Source: Chiloscyllium plagiosum (taxonomy: Eukaryota). From it: a stretch of 64,000 bases of DNA. Each line of letters begins with the position of its first letter. Position 1 is the first letter of the stretch. The translations under genes were made by a program, and so were the position numbers. Below the pieces are notes generated by a model that saw only the letters and a program-made list of their open reading frames with translations, ran no database searches and had not been told where the DNA came from. Location: NCBI RefSeq assembly GCF_004010195.1, contig NC_057719.1, forward strand, positions 18,745,159-18,809,158, read 5' to 3'. Shown here piece after piece: positions 60,589-64,000 of this stretch.

Positions 60589-61999
60589 GTCATAGAGTCA
60601 TAGAGTCATAGAGATGTACAGCATGGAAACAGACCCTTCGGTCCAACCCGTCCATGCCGAACCAGATAATCCAACCCAATCTAGTCCCACCTGCCAGCAC
60701 CCGGCCCATATCCCTCCAAACCCTTCCTATTCATATACCCATCCAAATGCCTCTTTAATGTTGCAATTGTACCAGCCTCCACCACNNNNNNNNNNNNNNN
60801 NNNNNNNNNNNNNNNNNNNNNNNNNNNNNNNNNNNNNNNNNNNNNNNNNNNNNNNNNNNNNNNNNNNNNNNNNNNNNNNNNNNNNNNNNNNNNNNNNNNN
60901 NNNNNNNNNNNNNNNNNNNNNNNNNNNNNNNNNNNNNNNNNNNNNNNNNNNNNNNNNNNNNNNNNNNNNNNNNNNNNNNNNNNNNNNNNNNNNNNNNNNN
61001 NNNNNNNNNNNNNNNNNNNNNNNNNNNNNNNNNNNNNNNNNNNNNNNNNNNNNNNNNNNNNNNNNNNNNNNNNNNNNNNNNNNNNNNNNNNNNNNNNNNN
61101 NNNNNNNNNNNNNNNNNNNNNNNNNNNNNNNNNNNNNNNNNNNNNNNNNNNNNNNNNNNNNNNNNNNNNNNNNNNNNNNNNNNNNNNNNNNNNNNNNNNN
61201 NNNNNNNNNNNNNNNNNNNNNNNNNNNNNNNNNNNNNNNNNNNNNNNNNNNNNNNNNNNNNNNNNNNNNNNNNNNNNNNNNNNNNNNNNNNNNNNNNNNN
61301 NNNNNNNNNNNNNNNNNNNNNNNNNNNNNNNNNNNNNNNNNNNNNNNNNNNNNNNNNNNNNNNNNNNNNNNNNNNNNNNNNNNNNNNNNNNNNNNNNNNN
61401 NNNNNNNNNNNNNNNNNNNNNNNNNNNNNNNNNNNNNACCTTTAACCGTTTCAAGACATCCAGCACTTCCTCCTCTGTAATCTGGACATTTTGCAAGATG
61501 TCACCATCTATTGCCCTACAGTCTATATCTTCCTTATCCTATTCCACAGTGAAGACTGATGCAAAATATTCATTTAGTATCTCCTCCATTTTCTGTGGCT
61601 CCACACAAAGGCCGCCTTGCTGATCTTTGAGGGGCCTTATTCTCTTCCTAGTTACCCTTTTGTCCTTAATATATTTGTAAAAACCCTTTGGATTCTCCTT
61701 AATTCTATTTACCAAAGCTATCCCATGTCCCCGTTTTGCCCTCCTGATTTCCCTCTTAAGTATACTCCTACTGCCTTTATACTTGAAGGATTCACTCGAT
61801 CTATCCTGTCTATATCTGACATATGCTTCCTTCTTTTTCTTAACCAAACCCTCAATTTCTTTAGTCATCCAGCATTCCCTATACCTACCAGCCTTCCCTT
61901 TCACCCTGACAGGAATATATTTTCTCTGGATTCTTGTTATCTCATTTCTGAAGGCTTCCCATTTTCCAACCGTCCCTTTACCTGTGAACATCTGCCTCC
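60589..61999 (-). mobile_element. Young HER1-like CR1 LINE spanning an assembly gap
   Basis: 3' end and (CTATGACT)n tail at 60589-60785. ORF2 mid-region KWEAFRNEITRIQ...KENPKGFYKYIK...ILNEYFASVFT...ITEEEVLDVLKRLK at 61438-61999. Confidence 0.92.
60786..61437. other. Assembly gap (652 N) inside CR1
   Basis: Run of N. Confidence 1.
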
Positions 62000-62974
62000 A
62001 ATCGTGTTTGATATTATTGAATGGATACCAGATGCAAGATGTTTGGCTTTTCCAGGTGCTCTCCCATGGTTCTGTTTGGGTTGAGAGTAAGATGTGACAT
62101 GGAGAAATGTTTGTGGGACAGGGAAATACACATTTCCAGGGAAAAGATTTGTGATGGCAAGTTAATTATTTCACAATTATTTCCTTCAAAGATAATCAAG
62201 TCATACGCAGTGTCATGATCCTGCGAGAATTGAGAAGAAATTCAAACACCCAGGTGCTAACTGAAAAAAATTGCCAATAGGTTTTAAAGAAATGATCTTT
62301 ATAATGCAAGAAACAAGTAATGCAAACACAACTATTTAAATGCTGTCTTGACTGAATATTTGTGCTTAACTTTGGAAAACATAACTAATGCACTATCATG
62401 TGTACTTTAAATTAAAATATTAAACAGGACCTCATCCTTTTTCCAAATAGAAGTAAATACCACTACTAGCTCTGCTGAGAGTCAGCTAGACTCTTTTTTG
62501 CTTGCTCTCTCCACGGATGCTGCTTGACCCGCTGTGATTTCCAAATTTCTTTTGTTTTCAGCACTCATCTTTTTCCTGATGACTTAATCCAAGAAAATCT
62601 TTGGTCACTTCTCAAGCTATTGCAAATTCTTTCATTTCCAGGGATGAGAACAAAGTACCACAGCGCTCAGAAATTCTATTTCTCCTCAGCATTACCGCAA
62701 TTGCCTGAGGTACGAAATTTTATTAGTAACTTCCATTAGCTTTTGACTCAGGGATCACCCGACATTTCTTCAAAAGCTGACAACTGCACATTCAACTCAA
62801 CTGTAGGCTTCACTACCCTCGTGGCTATAGCCTCCATCACTGAAATACTCCTGGCTTCTGAAGGCCCTTTGCTTGAGGTCTACTGCTGCTTTTCAAATCT
62901 TAGCTGTCTCTTCCTTTCTCTGCCTTTCACTGACCAACTTGAGTGCTTTCAGCTCCACATCTGTTCCAAAAGGA

Positions 62975-63316
62975 ATGGCATAGCAGTAAAACCACAGAGC
63001 TAGTGATCCAGAACTCCAAGTTAATGTTCTGGCGACATGGGTTTGAATCCTATCGTGGTAAATGGTGAAATCTGAGTTTGATTTTAAAAAACCCAGAATA
63101 ATGCAGATTGGCTCATTGGCAACCATGTAACTGTCACTGATAATTGTAAAAACACATCTGGTTTACTAATGTCCTTTAGGGAAGGTAACTTGCTACCTTC
63201 ACCTGGTCTGATCTACATGTAATTTTGGACCCATAGCACCTTAACTGCCTACAGGACAATTAGGAATGAGAAATAAATAGTTAGTGACAACCACTTCCCA
63301 TGCATGATTAAAAAAG
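62975..63316 (+). mobile_element. Old tRNA-derived SINE with CR1 subfamily B-like 3' tail
   Basis: Head TGGCATAGCAGTAA...GGGTTTGAATCC. The 3' end GGACAATTAGGAATGAGAAATAAAT...CCACTTCCCATGCATGATTAAAAAA resembles 42760-42832. Confidence 0.6.
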
Positions 63317-64000
63317 ACCCAAAGACCAGCTGGAAAAAGCAATTCAGATATCCAAGCAAGGTTCCACCTGAATGTTCATCTCTATGGCAACAGTGGTTAG
63401 TTGAGATGTCCAATAGATTTTCATATTAATTAACTTTTAGCTTCAAAATCAAACCTTTTGACCTTGAGGTCTGCATGAATAATTTACATTTCTAAATTAA
63501 CTCAGGGCAATTCTCTTTGGACTTAAAGCTTGCAGATTCCCAGCTAAATGAAGGCAGCCAACCTGTTCTACAGCTTTCGCCCTCTTATCCCTGATCTCAC
63601 AAGTTCACAAGGAGGCCTTTAGAACTGGTATTACTTTAAGTGTTCTGACAATTTCTAAAGTCCAACATTTTAATTACCTAACACTCATCAATTTAATCTT
63701 CTCAAATCTAAAAATTACCTCTAAAATATTGATATAAACCATGATGTAGATGGTTATGACAACTGAAAGGAATAAAAAATTAATGCTGCGCCTTTCACAA
63801 ACTAGTTAAATATAATAGCATATTGCATTGATTGCCACCCATTAGCTAACACTTTTCATGTTTAGGTTTAAGAAATACAAAAACCTTTAATCTTTTTGTT
63901 CTTATATTTTTGATTTTTTGACTATGTATTAGTGGGATAAAATTTTCATCTTAAAATCATCTGGAATTAAATTTGGGAAGGGTATAGAAAGGCAGCTGAT

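Overview
Eukaryotic, repeat-dominated, non-coding window from a draft assembly with two N gaps. The repeat content (HE1/V-SINEs, HER1-like CR1 LINEs, Deu-domain SINEs) points to a cartilaginous fish, probably a shark; this is an inference. I recognised no host protein-coding exon, and essentially every meaningful ORF in the six-frame track is a retroelement fragment. Elements present: about 7 HE1 SINEs; many CR1 copies from several subfamilies, including one near-full-length copy with an SGNH-esterase ORF1; L2, RTE, Rex1/Babar and Tx1 LINE ends; two Penelope (GIY-YIG) copies; a 652-bp solo LTR; a ~1-kb internally deleted Gypsy element; and a PIF/Harbinger relic. The most interesting recurring signal is a set of at least 7 short (120-240 bp) fold-back insertions, most with 12-15 bp TSDs. 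One family matches the 3' end of the Penelope in this window, and three sequence families carry the same minimal hammerhead-ribozyme layout (CUGANGA, stem II, GAAA, 4-nt palindromic stem III). Also notable: a 97-bp duplication flanking a Penelope tail, a 54-bp locally templated insertion inside a SINE, two 5'-inverted retroinsertions, and several repeat-free, motif-dense stretches that may be conserved enhancers. Family names come from motif recognition, not database searches. Boundaries of old elements are approximate.
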